Source: an uncultured Spirochaetota bacterium
Lineage (GTDB): Bacteria > Spirochaetota > Spirochaetia > SZUA-6 > Fen-1364
Direction: 5' to 3'
Assembly (NCBI GenBank): GCA_963734545.1
Contig: CAVTHO010000007.1
Span: 128,001-192,000, forward strand
Length of the DNA: 64,000 nt
Shown here in pieces: positions 1-9,575 of this stretch. Position numbers and translations under genes: made by a program. Every line of letters starts with the position of its first letter. Position 1 is the first letter of the stretch. Under the pieces are notes generated by a model. It ran no database searches. It was not told the origin of the DNA and worked only from the letters and a program-made list of their open reading frames with translations.

Positions 1-2
1 GC

Positions 3-1382
3 CCCAAGGGGGAGGTCAGCGTAACCCGGCAGTATGTGGCGTATCTCGAGAGGACATTTCCCGAACACCATTTCGAAGTCCTGCCCGTGGCTCAGAGGAT
101 CAGGGAGCTGGAGAGGGATGCCGCGGCCTTCGAAAGGGTGGTCGAAGAGGTGCGCGCAGCGGACGGCGTGATCTGGGCGTTTCCATTGTACATCCTGCTG
201 GTCTGCTCGCAGTACAAGAGATTCATCGAGCTGATCGATGAGCGCGGCGCAGCGGATGCCTTCGTGGGAAAGCATGCATGCACCCTCTCCACCTCGATAA
301 ACTATTTCGATTCGAGCGCCCATACCTACGTGCGTTCCGTGTGCGAGGACCTGGGACAGAGATTCGTGGGCACGTATTCGGCACAGATGCACGACCTTCT
401 CAAGCCGGAGGAGCGCCGGCGGCTGGAGCTTTTTGCCGAGGATTTCTTCGCCGCAATTGCGGGGAGAATGGAGTTTCCGCGTCTCTCGACGGCCCTCCCA
501 CGCACGCCGGCCTTGCGCTACCGGCCGGGAACACCCCTGCAGCGGGTCCGGACCGGTGGCCGGAAGATCGTGATCCTGAGCGATGCGCGGCCGGGACAGG
601 AGAATCTCCATGGCATGGTGGCGCGGCTTCGCAATGCCTGGGACGGGGACGTCAAGCTGGTGAACCTCCATGACCTGGACATCAAGGGAGGCTGCCAGGG
701 CTGTCTTCGCTGCGGGGCGGCGTATCGATGCGCCTATACGGGAAAAGACGGTTTCATCGGGTTTTACAATGAAGTCCTGCGGCCGGCTGATATCATCGTG
801 TTCGCGGGGGCAATAGTGAGCCGCCAGCTCTCCTGGAAATGGCGGGAGTTCTTCGACAGGAGCTTCTTCAATACCCACACGCCGTCCCTGGTCGGCAAGC
901 AGATGGCGTTTGTCGTTTCAGGGCCCCTGAGCCTGGTCCCCGAGCTTCGGGAGACCTACGAAGGCTGGGTCGAGCTCCAGCGCTCGCACCTGGTGTCCTT
1001 CGTCTCCGACGAGAGGGAAAACAGCGACGTTCTTGACCTCACTTTGCAGGGTCTGGCGGGGCGGCTCGTGCAGTTCGCCGGTTCCGGCTACATCAAGCCG
1101 CGCACGTTCCTCGGCGTTGCGGGGATGAAGATCTTCCGGGACGACATCTGGGCCCAGCTCCGGGTCGTTTTTCGCGCAGACCACAGGGCGTACAAACGGC
1201 TGGGATACTACGATTTCCCCCAGCGCAGGGTGGTCCGCAGGCTCGTCATGGGCCTCGCCTGGATCGCTACGGGGCTGCCCTTCATTCGCCGCCGATTTCC
1301 CTCCATGATCAGAACGCACATGATCATTCCCCTGCGAAAGGCAGCTTTGAGGGCTGTTCCTCAACCGCACGTTTCGGGATAG
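3..1382 (+). CDS. Two-domain flavodoxin-fold NAD(P)H-dependent oxidoreductase / iron-sulfur flavoprotein-like (5'-truncated by window edge)
   Basis: Frame is open from position 3 (PKGEVSVTRQY, part of the flavodoxin GSPK loop). It has ADGVIWAFPLY and, in a second domain, CQGCLRCGAAYRC (Cx2Cx2Cx5C, Isf-type). Confidence 0.75.
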   Translation, partial: PKGEVSVTRQYVAYLERTFPEHHFEVLPVAQRIRELERDAAAFERVVEEVRAADGVIWAFPLYILLVCSQYKRFIELIDERGAADAFVGKHACTLSTSINYFDSSAHTYVRSVCEDLGQRFVGTYSAQMHDLLKPEERRRLELFAEDFFAAIAGRMEFPRLSTALPRTPALRYRPGTPLQRVRTGGRKIVILSDARPGQENLHGMVARLRNAWDGDVKLVNLHDLDIKGGCQGCLRCGAAYRCAYTGKDGFIGFYNEVLRPADIIVFAGAIVSRQLSWKWREFFDRSFFNTHTPSLVGKQMAFVVSGPLSLVPELRETYEGWVELQRSHLVSFVSDERENSDVLDLTLQGLAGRLVQFAGSGYIKPRTFLGVAGMKIFRDDIWAQLRVVFRADHRAYKRLGYYDFPQRRVVRRLVMGLAWIATGLPFIRRRFPSMIRTHMIIPLRKAALRAVPQPHVSG

Positions 1383-1418
1383 GATGAGGGGGGCGCCGGA
1401 AGGGCGCCTGATCCGGCC

Positions 1419-2531
1419 ATGGGTGACGAACACATCATCTCAATTGTGCAGGGGTGGGATACCGTCCGATTCGAGCTGCTCAACACGCGGATCTCGGACC
1501 TGCCCCTGCAGATCGAGGGCTCATTCCTTGAGCCCTTTACCCGCCGGCTGCACAAGGAGCTCGACGCAAAGCGGATCGACTTCAAGCCCGATTTCTACCT
1601 CACGGACGGCTGGGGATGCCCGGACAGGGTGCCTGTCATCGGTATTCCATTCTACCTTGCGGACGCGAAATTGCGCCAGCTCGAGAAAGAGCAGACCGGG
1701 GAAATAGAGGACGAGACGGACATCATGAGGCTGCTTCGCCATGAGGCGGGGCACGCGCTCAACTACGCGTATCGTCTCTGGGAGAGGGAGGAATGGCGCA
1801 CGATCTTCGGCGTCTTTACAAAGCCCTATCGCGAAGATTTCCGCCCCGAGCGCTGGAGCAGGCAGTTCGTCAGGCACATCGAAGCATACGGACTCGGGCG
1901 CACCTACGCGCAAAAACACCCGGATGAGGATTTCGCGGAGACATTCGCGGTCTGGCTGACGCCACGGTCGGGATGGAGGAGGCTGTATCGCAACTGGCCT
2001 GCCATCCGCAAGCTCCAGTATGTGGACGTCCTGGCAAAAGAGCTCGGCCGGGTCCCGCCTCCGCGGTATCGCCAACGGCTGGCGCGCCCCGTTGCCTCCA
2101 TGCGCATTCTCCTGGCGGAGCACTACGGCCAGAAAGCCAAACGCCTGCGCGCCGCTGCCCAGGGTTACGTGGACGACAAGCTGCGCGAGGTCTTTCCCCC
2201 GGCGCGCACCAATGCGCCGATTCCCGCCGCAGAGATCTTCCGCCGCCACAAAGCGGGGCTGGTCAAGCGCACGGTGAGGTGGTCCGGGCTCGAGGAAGAA
2301 GAAGTAGAGGCGATTTTCAAGAAACTGGAGACCCGCGCGTCATCTCTGAAGCTCTTCTACCCCCGCAGCCAGGGGGCGGAAAAGACCATGGACACGGTGG
2401 CGCTGTTGATCTCTCTGGCCATCGAATACGCCACGACAGGCAGGCTGACCGGTGAGCGGGCGGGAGGGAGTCTGCCCGTACAGCTCAGGCCGGACTCCAT
2501 TGGGCAGACCTGGCTTTTCGTCCCTGCGTGA
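1419..2531 (+). CDS. Putative zinc-binding metallopeptidase (Peptidase_Mx-like)
   Basis: LRHEAGHA (HExxH) plus YAQKHPDEDFAETFAVW. The C-terminus overlaps the convergent gene, so the true stop may be earlier (near 2456). Confidence 0.75.
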   Translation: MGDEHIISIVQGWDTVRFELLNTRISDLPLQIEGSFLEPFTRRLHKELDAKRIDFKPDFYLTDGWGCPDRVPVIGIPFYLADAKLRQLEKEQTGEIEDETDIMRLLRHEAGHALNYAYRLWEREEWRTIFGVFTKPYREDFRPERWSRQFVRHIEAYGLGRTYAQKHPDEDFAETFAVWLTPRSGWRRLYRNWPAIRKLQYVDVLAKELGRVPPPRYRQRLARPVASMRILLAEHYGQKAKRLRAAAQGYVDDKLREVFPPARTNAPIPAAEIFRRHKAGLVKRTVRWSGLEEEEVEAIFKKLETRASSLKLFYPRSQGAEKTMDTVALLISLAIEYATTGRLTGERAGGSLPVQLRPDSIGQTWLFVPA

Positions 2532-3567
2532 AATGGATGGGGAGATCGAGATCGAACGGCGGGCCCTCGAAGGACGCCTTGATGATCAGCTGCATCAGCT
2601 CGGGGTAGGGGATGCCTGCTTTTTTCGCGGACCTGGCCAGCCCCACCCCCGCGTCCAGGAGGGGGTTGCAGTTTACCTCCAGCACGCGCGGCACGGACTC
2701 CTCGTCCAGCCGGATGTCCACGCGGCCGTACCCCCAGCCACCCACCGCGCGGAACGCGCGCACGGCTGTATCCGCGATCGATGCGGCCAGGCCGTCTTCC
2801 ACCCGGGCCGGACAGATCACCCGGGTTCTCTGGTATTCGATGGTATCTTCCATCCATTTGGACGCATAGGACATGATCGGGGGGATGTCGGGAGGCAGGC
2901 GGGAGTAGTCGACCTCCGCCAGCGGAAGCACGCGCAGCTTCTTCCCCCCGACGAACCCGACGTTGAATTCGCGCCCCGGCAGGAATTGCTGCGCCAGCGC
3001 GGGCTGGCGATAGGTGGCAAGGATGTCGCGGACCTTCGCGCGCAGCGCGCTCTTGCCTGCCACCACCGAATCGCGGTCCGTCCCTATGCCCGCGTGCTCC
3101 TGGCTGGGCTGGACGATGAGGGGAAACTGCCATTCGTGCTTGTCGATGTCTCCCAGTCTCTCCAGCAGGCGCGTGTACGGAGGGATCGGGATGCCCGCCC
3201 CCTGCAGAAGGCTCGCGCTCATGTACTTGTAGCGGCTCAGGCCCAGGCCCAGCGCGGGACTGCCCGTCATGGGAAATCCCATGATCCGAACGAGGGTGGC
3301 CACCCGCATCTCATAGAGAGCGCCGTGCACCACGTCGTCATACTGATTGAAGACGACATCGGGTTTCAGGCGCATCAGTTTTCTCTGGAATGCGTAAAGA
3401 TCGTTGGCCAGCGGCACCGCGGTGACCGTGTGTCCCAGCGAGCGCAGCGCGCGGGACATGCGGCGGATCATCAGCCGCAGATCGCTGATGCTGCCGCGGT
3501 CGGCGCGGGAATCGGGCACGGAATCCGTATAGGTATTGAAGATCAGGGCGATCCGGTAGCTCTTCAT
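2485..3567 (-). CDS. ATP-grasp protein, D-Ala-D-Ala ligase-like
   Basis: PDVVFN, PMTGSPALGL, QFLPGREFNVG, GYGRVDIRLD and LEVNCNP motifs of the Ddl-type ATP-grasp fold. Confidence 0.85.
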   Translation of the reverse strand: MKSYRIALIFNTYTDSVPDSRADRGSISDLRLMIRRMSRALRSLGHTVTAVPLANDLYAFQRKLMRLKPDVVFNQYDDVVHGALYEMRVATLVRIMGFPMTGSPALGLGLSRYKYMSASLLQGAGIPIPPYTRLLERLGDIDKHEWQFPLIVQPSQEHAGIGTDRDSVVAGKSALRAKVRDILATYRQPALAQQFLPGREFNVGFVGGKKLRVLPLAEVDYSRLPPDIPPIMSYASKWMEDTIEYQRTRVICPARVEDGLAASIADTAVRAFRAVGGWGYGRVDIRLDEESVPRVLEVNCNPLLDAGVGLARSAKKAGIPYPELMQLIIKASFEGPPFDLDLPIHFTQGRKARSAQWSPA

Positions 3568-3754
3568 TCAGGCTCTATGCAGCTCACGGGGACATGGAGC
3601 GATCAGAAGAAGGTCGCGCATCTCGTCATTGTAGGAGCGCGCACGCGCCGCGTCAAGGCGACACGCCGGCTTTGCCTTCCGGCGCCCGTGCTCGCTATTA
3701 TCTATACTGAGTCGCGGACGGCCACCCGGAGCGCCGTGAAGGAGTGTGTCATTC

Positions 3755-5035
3755 ATGATCGGTTCCAGACGCAGGCTTTTCATACCGGCAGCAGCCCTTT
3801 CCCTCCTGGCCATCGCATTTCTGGCGGGCTTTACCGTCGAACGCTCGTTGAACACTCAGGCGCCGTCGGGTTCGTCCCTGCTGGCCCTCGATGTTTCTCT
3901 GATCCGCGAGGCCGGGAACGTGATCGATCAGAACTACGTGGACCGCCCCGCCGTGCAAACCGAGTCACTCACCTATGGGGCCATCCAGGGCATGGTCGAC
4001 GCCCTCGGCGACACCGGCCATTCGAGGTTCCTCACGCCGCGGATGGTGCAGGCCGAGCGTTCCCTGCTGCGCGGCACGTATGTCGGCGTCGGCCTGGAGA
4101 TCGCGATGAGAAACGGGAGGGCGACGATCGTCGCGCCTCTGGACAATTCGCCTGCCTTCGCGGCAGGTCTTCACTCCGGGCAGCAGATCCTCAAGGTGGA
4201 AGGCCGGGACATCTCCACGCTTCCCATTGATCAGCTGGCCGGACGGATCATGGGGCCCGCCGGAAGCACCGTCACGCTCTCCATCTTCGACCCCCGGTCC
4301 GGCGCGACCTCCGAGGTGCTTCTCGTGCGCGCGGAGATAAGGGTGACCAATGTCTCCTGGCAGCCCATCCCCGGCTCCCGTTTCGCGGATCTTCGGGTCG
4401 CCGCGTTCAGCGCGGGGGTGACGGAGGGCGTCAGGACTGCCCTCGAGGAAATCCAGAGGCAGGGGCTGCCCGGCGCCGTCCTGGATTTGCGCAACAACCC
4501 CGGCGGACAGCTCAGCGAGGCCATCGGGGTGGCGAGCCAGTTCCTGGATTCGGGGGAAGTTCTCCTGGAAAAGGATGCCAAGGGCGTTGTCCGTCCTGAC
4601 CACGTGAAGCCGGGCGGGGTTGCGCTTTCCCTCCCGCTGGTGGTGCTGATAGACGGGGGGACGGCAAGCGCGGCGGAGATTGTTGCCGGCGCCCTGCAGA
4701 GCCACGGGCGCGCGTCCCTTGCCGGAGAGACGAGCTTCGGGACCGGAACAGTGCTCCAGATGTTCCGGCTGTCCGACGGCTCCCAGATTCTGCTGGCAGT
4801 CGAGGAATGGCTCACTCCCCAGGGCAGCACGATCTGGCACAAAGGCATCACGCCGGACATGCTGATCGGGCTGAAACCCGACGCGGAAATCATGACCCCT
4901 TCGTCTCTCAGGGACATGACCCGCGAAGCTTTTCTCTCGGGAAGTGATCTTCAGCTCATCAAGGCGGTGGAAATGCTTGCGGGAAAAACGAACCCGACCG
5001 GCCGGAGCACCGCCGGCCCGGGGACCGGGGGCTGA
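3755..5035 (+). CDS. S41 C-terminal processing protease with PDZ domain
   Basis: N-terminal TM, GVGLEI (PDZ), DLRNNPGG, GTASAAEIV (catalytic Ser), GITPD. The usual GKG Lys appears as SFGTG. Confidence 0.9.
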   Translation: MIGSRRRLFIPAAALSLLAIAFLAGFTVERSLNTQAPSGSSLLALDVSLIREAGNVIDQNYVDRPAVQTESLTYGAIQGMVDALGDTGHSRFLTPRMVQAERSLLRGTYVGVGLEIAMRNGRATIVAPLDNSPAFAAGLHSGQQILKVEGRDISTLPIDQLAGRIMGPAGSTVTLSIFDPRSGATSEVLLVRAEIRVTNVSWQPIPGSRFADLRVAAFSAGVTEGVRTALEEIQRQGLPGAVLDLRNNPGGQLSEAIGVASQFLDSGEVLLEKDAKGVVRPDHVKPGGVALSLPLVVLIDGGTASAAEIVAGALQSHGRASLAGETSFGTGTVLQMFRLSDGSQILLAVEEWLTPQGSTIWHKGITPDMLIGLKPDAEIMTPSSLRDMTREAFLSGSDLQLIKAVEMLAGKTNPTGRSTAGPGTGG

Positions 5036-5043
5036 TACCGGCG

Positions 5044-5730
5044 CTACCGCGAGATTTTTCCCAGGTCGATCGTCCAGGCGCCCCTCCTCCAGGACCCGAT
5101 ATCCCCGAGGGTTCCCGAGAGGAGAGTCTTCAGATCGTGAAGCTCGACCCTGAGCGTCTCCCGCCCTGTCATGAAGATATCCTTTTCCTGGTATTGAAGG
5201 TGCAAGCCCTTGTTCTCCGCTGCTCCTTCCTTCGGCTCGAAGCTCCACGGGGAGTCGCCGTAAAGTGTCTTGTCGTCGGAGCCGAGGAGCCAGACGTCAA
5301 CGGGGGTATCGGCGGAGTTCCTGACATAGAGCCATCCGCTGCCTGCGCTGAGCTCCGGGACGAGCTCCAGAAGCCACGAGCCGTCAGGCCGCGGCCGGGC
5401 AATGTCCGCGAGCGGCAGTATCCGCAGTGAGCCCCTTGACGCCGTGATCTCCAGACGAGCGTCCCGGCTCACGAGCAGCGGGCCCTTGTTCCGCAATTCC
5501 AGATAGCTTCCCTGGGGATCGCCGGCATGCTCGTAGGCCGCAAAGCTCCAATAGGTGTCCATGACCGGCGCCCCCTTTGCGTCAAGGATGCGTATGGTCA
5601 CGGGCGTGCTTGTCAGATTGCGCACGTAGAGCCGGCCGGTCTTCCCCGGCCCCGCGCCCGCCCCGGATACCGCGGGCTGCGTCCCGCCCTGCCTGACCTC
5701 GAAGAGCCACGCCGCGCCGTCCCATCTCCT
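5044..5730 (-). CDS. Hypothetical protein with internal repeats (C-terminal fragment; no own start)
   Basis: The frame extends upstream of the 5625 GTG (RWDGAAWLFEV...GRLYVRNLTSTPV). The module LYVRN..TPV...WSF...EG..L occurs twice. Confidence 0.6.
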   Translation of the reverse strand, partial: RRWDGAAWLFEVRQGGTQPAVSGAGAGPGKTGRLYVRNLTSTPVTIRILDAKGAPVMDTYWSFAAYEHAGDPQGSYLELRNKGPLLVSRDARLEITASRGSLRILPLADIARPRPDGSWLLELVPELSAGSGWLYVRNSADTPVDVWLLGSDDKTLYGDSPWSFEPKEGAAENKGLHLQYQEKDIFMTGRETLRVELHDLKTLLSGTLGDIGSWRRGAWTIDLGKISR

Positions 5731-6329
5731 TCCGCGAGCCCCAGTCCGTCCGAGACCCGGGCGGCAGCCTCCGGCAGCTCCGCCTGCAGATTCTTCAGCG
5801 TAAAGATCCTCTCTTTCCGGCTCGAGCCATCCAGGATGCCGGGGCCCGCGAGTGCGACGGTGCCCGTTGCGTCCCGCAGCGACATCTCGCTCCAGTAGCT
5901 GTCCACAAGCAGGACCTGCCCGCCGGCCTTGACCATCCCTTCCAGCGGCTCGGCAACCAGGCGGTAGGCCAGCGCTTTTCTTCCTGCGAGGGGGGCTTTC
6001 TTTTCAGGGCCTCCGGTAATGGAGCCGTTCAGGATGACGGAAATCGAGACTTCCTCCAGCATCTCGTCCGAGGCGAGGGCGGATTCGAGGTCCTTCACCT
6101 GGTAAGGCTGATGCTCCTTGTATTCGCTGAGGTCGGAGAGACGACGGCGGTACCCGGTCCTCTTGAAGAGCACCGCTGTTTCGATCAGGAAGTGGAGGCA
6201 GACAGCCGCGAGGAGCACAATCCCGATCCATGCATAATCCTTGTCTTTTGCGATAATAAAAAGGGCGACGACAATCGCTGCCGCCGACCAGTTGATGATC
6301 TTCAGGGTGTGTCTCAGCCGCATGGACAC
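5730..6329 (-). CDS. Membrane protein with 2 N-terminal TMs (GIDE-like soluble part suspected); changes frame near 5730
   Basis: Two hydrophobic helices, then APLAGRKALAYRL...LRDATGTV. The tail after about 5730 is low-complexity Arg/Gly. Confidence 0.55.
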
Positions 6330-6453
6330 CTGCCTTGGTGGGCGCGCCTGTCACACGTGTTGACGTGGGCACCACTCAATAATAGTCAGCACGCATCCAA
6401 ATGTCGAATTCTTCCGGCCGCTGTGCGCACCCGGCCGACGGAAGGCCGTGCAC

Positions 6454-6478
6454 GGCGCAGAATCCGCGGAGTACCGCG
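6454..6478 (-). repeat. 24-bp palindromic repeat unit (intergenic copy)
   Basis: ggcgcagaatccgcggagtaccgcg matches the reverse complement of the ftsQ array (cgcggtactccgcggattctgcgcc). Confidence 0.85.
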
Positions 6479-6506
6479 ATGCGCGCCGTGCGCGGCGCTG
6501 GTCATT

Positions 6507-7331
6507 TCAGTAGGAATTGAGCGACGTCGTGACGCCGCTCTCGATCTGCGTCAGCTCGCCCGTCGACGTCTGGTTGTTCTTCTTGCTCGTGTAGATCGAT
6601 TTCACCATGTAGCCGGGCACCTTCTCGTTCACCCAGCTCTCGGCGGTCCCCTTGCTCGATTCATCGGTATAGAGATAGTGGTCGGTCGTGAATTTCCCCG
6701 CTTCCACCTGCACGGTCTGCTTGCCGGTGTAATACTTGGCCATCTCCGCGCGGCTCTTCGGCGCGGAATCGGACCCCGTGCCCGGTTGCGGCTTCATCTG
6801 ATCCTTGCTGGGCACGAACTCGCCGATCGCGCCGGTGTCAGGGTCCTGGTAGCGCACCTTGGTGACGACCGTGTCGGGGCCGACGAGGAACTCGTACACC
6901 ATGTTCACCTTGCCGCTGGTCATCTTGAAGCGCCACCACTGGGAATTGCCGGGCATGACCTTCAGGAGAGCGCGCTCGAATGTGACGGGCTCCTTTGAGC
7001 TTCCGCCCGTGGTCGTGAACTTCCAGATGGTTCCCTGTCCGGCCTTGTAGTTGGCGTCCTTATACCCGAACCAGCCCATGCTCCAGAAGCCGGTGTAGAA
7101 TGCGCTGAACTGATACTGATACACCTGTGCCGGAACGGCGGACCCCTGCGCCTTGCCCTGATCCGTAGGCGGATTGTCCGCCTGCTTCGACTGGGTGGTG
7201 TTCTGCGTTGATCCGCTCCCCATCGCATTGGTCAGGGTGTTCAAGGTCGAGCACCCGGCGAGCAGAAGCGCCGCGATCGTGAGCGCGAGCGGCAGGAGAG
7301 CAACACCCGTGGATCGGTTTTTCTTTGTCAC
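6507..7331 (-). CDS. Hypothetical lipoprotein
   Basis: Signal peptide with lipobox LLAGC, a polar linker, then a beta-rich domain with the VQVEAGKF motif. SD AAAGGAGG upstream. Confidence 0.8.
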   Translation of the reverse strand: MTKKNRSTGVALLPLALTIAALLLAGCSTLNTLTNAMGSGSTQNTTQSKQADNPPTDQGKAQGSAVPAQVYQYQFSAFYTGFWSMGWFGYKDANYKAGQGTIWKFTTTGGSSKEPVTFERALLKVMPGNSQWWRFKMTSGKVNMVYEFLVGPDTVVTKVRYQDPDTGAIGEFVPSKDQMKPQPGTGSDSAPKSRAEMAKYYTGKQTVQVEAGKFTTDHYLYTDESSKGTAESWVNEKVPGYMVKSIYTSKKNNQTSTGELTQIESGVTTSLNSY

Positions 7332-7514
7332 CTTCAGTCCTCCTTTGTGAAAACGAATCGCTTATTTTGCGTACGTCTAAGTAGCGCATGGGACGGACCA
7401 AAGGCAACATCTTTCTGCACGGGTATCCGGCATCGTCGGCGGCCGGTTCGGCTCCGCTCTGCCGGGGCATCTCCCAACTTGACTATCGCTGCGTCTGTAC
7501 CGAAATTCCAGCAC

Positions 7515-8636
7515 ATGAAACGAACACTACTGGCAGCATTGATTGGTGTGTTTGCGTCCGTCGTCACCGTCCTGTCCGCGGCGCCCCTTCCGTCCGAGAT
7601 CAAGATCGGCGCGGTGGAGACCCTCACGGGTGACAACGCCGCTTATGGGCTCTCGATCCGCAGCGCTCTCGAGCTGGCAGCGGCCGAAGTGAACGGCACG
7701 CGGTTCCTCGGAGGGACACGGATCAGCCTCGTCGTGATGGACGACAAGGCGGACAAGCAGGAAGGCATCAGCGTCTTCACGCGGCTGATCAACGAGGAGA
7801 AGGTCTCCGCCATCATCGGCCCCACGCTCAGCAGCACGGCCTTTGCGGCGGACCCTGTCGCGCAGAAGGCGGGTGTGCCGGTGCTGGGAACGAGCAACAC
7901 GGCGACCGGCATCACGGCCATGGGCAACTTCGTATTCCGGGACAGCCTGCTGCAATCGGGCGTCATCCCGGGCACCCTGGCAGCCGTCAAGGCGAAGTTC
8001 CATCCTCAGAAGGCGGCCCTGCTCTACGAAGCCACTAATGAGTTCAGCAAGAGCGAGGCGGACGTTTTCAAGGCCGCGCTGAACAAGCTCGGCATCCAGC
8101 TCGTCGCTACGGAAAGCTACAGTAAGGGTGATTCCGACTTCCGCACCCAGCTCAGCAAGCTCAATGCGCGCAAGCCCGATATCCTGGTCCTGAGCTCCCT
8201 GGTCGGCGAGGCCATCCCCATCCTCCAGCAGGCGCGGGAGATCGGCATCACCCAGCCCATCGTCGGGGGCAACGGGTTCAACAGCCCCAACGTGCTCAAG
8301 AACGCTGCCGCGGCGGCGGAGGGGCTGATCGTCGGCTCCGCGTGGTTCATCGACAGCACCGCGCCGAAGAGCAGGTCATTCGTCATGGCGTACCGGGAAA
8401 AGTACGGGTCGGACCCGGACCAGTTCGCGGCGCAGGCCTATGACGGCTTTTACATCATGGCCACCGCGATCAAGAGCGCCGGCTCCGCCGACCGCGCCGC
8501 CATTCGGGACGCGCTGGCAGGGATCCGCAATCTCGACGGGGCCCTCGGCACCTTCTCCTTCGACGAGAACCGTGACCCGGTGCATCCGAGCGTCACGCTC
8601 GTGGTCAAGGACGGACATTTCGTCCTGTTCCAGTAG
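7515..8636 (+). CDS. Branched-chain amino acid ABC transporter substrate-binding protein (LivJ/K family)
   Basis: Signal peptide, IKIGAVETLTG, IIGPTLS, FAAQAYDG. Confidence 0.92.
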   Translation: MKRTLLAALIGVFASVVTVLSAAPLPSEIKIGAVETLTGDNAAYGLSIRSALELAAAEVNGTRFLGGTRISLVVMDDKADKQEGISVFTRLINEEKVSAIIGPTLSSTAFAADPVAQKAGVPVLGTSNTATGITAMGNFVFRDSLLQSGVIPGTLAAVKAKFHPQKAALLYEATNEFSKSEADVFKAALNKLGIQLVATESYSKGDSDFRTQLSKLNARKPDILVLSSLVGEAIPILQQAREIGITQPIVGGNGFNSPNVLKNAAAAAEGLIVGSAWFIDSTAPKSRSFVMAYREKYGSDPDQFAAQAYDGFYIMATAIKSAGSADRAAIRDALAGIRNLDGALGTFSFDENRDPVHPSVTLVVKDGHFVLFQ

Positions 8637-8648
8637 AGCCGCACCGGC

Positions 8649-9575
8649 GTGGACCTGACGCTCCTCGCCGACCCCGTCTTTTTTGCCCAGAATCTCGTGG
8701 ACGGCGCGTCCCGCGGCGCGCTCTACGCCGTGTACGCCATGGGTTTCACGCTGATCTTCGGGGTCCTGGACATCATCAACCTGGCGCACGCGGCAACCTT
8801 CATGTGGTGCGCCTTCGCGGGGTGGTTCGTCATGGCGCAGCTCGGCCTTCCCCTGCCCATCGGGCTCGCCGCCTCGATGCTGGCCGGCGCGGCCATCGCC
8901 CTCCTGCTCGAGCTCCTGGCCTTCAGACCCCTGCGGCGGACAGGCTCGGACCGGCTGGCCAGCATGATCAGCAGCATCGGCGCGTCCCTCATCATGGTGA
9001 GCATCGCCGAGGCGCTGTTCGGCGTGAGCACCCGCCGGTTCCCCGACCATGTTCTCGATCCCCGCCCGTTTTTCATCGGCGGAGCCGGCGGTCTGCGGGT
9101 GAGCCGCGCGCAGATCCTCATCGTCGTCGCCGCGGTCGTCCTGGCCGCCGCGCTCGGCTTCTTCATCCGGCGGACGCGCATGGGCAAGGCCATCAGGGCA
9201 ATCGCGGCCAACCTGAAGGCGTCGCGCCTCCTGGGGATCAACGTGGATGCGGTCGTTTCGGTCACATTCCTGGTCGCAGGGGCGCTTGCCGGAGCGGCGG
9301 GCATCCTCGTGGGACTCCTCACGAACAACATCGTCCCCGGCATGGGCGCGCAGATCGAGCTTCGCGGGCTTGCCGTCGTCATCCTGGGCGGCATGGGCAA
9401 CATCGAAGGGGCCGTGGCCGGCGGCCTGATCCTGGGCCTCATCGAGACATTCACCATCGCCTATCTCCCGGGGGGAAGCGACATCAAGGATGCCATCGCC
9501 TTTGTCATTCTCTTTCTCATTCTTCTGGTGCGGCCCAACGGCCTCCTGGGCCGCGCCGCGTCCGACCGGGCATGA
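8649..9575 (+). CDS. livH: BCAA ABC permease LivH
   Basis: YAMGFTLIFGVLDIINLAH, RTRMGKAIRA, VILGGMGNIEGA. Confidence 0.92.
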   Translation: MDLTLLADPVFFAQNLVDGASRGALYAVYAMGFTLIFGVLDIINLAHAATFMWCAFAGWFVMAQLGLPLPIGLAASMLAGAAIALLLELLAFRPLRRTGSDRLASMISSIGASLIMVSIAEALFGVSTRRFPDHVLDPRPFFIGGAGGLRVSRAQILIVVAAVVLAAALGFFIRRTRMGKAIRAIAANLKASRLLGINVDAVVSVTFLVAGALAGAAGILVGLLTNNIVPGMGAQIELRGLAVVILGGMGNIEGAVAGGLILGLIETFTIAYLPGGSDIKDAIAFVILFLILLVRPNGLLGRAASDRA

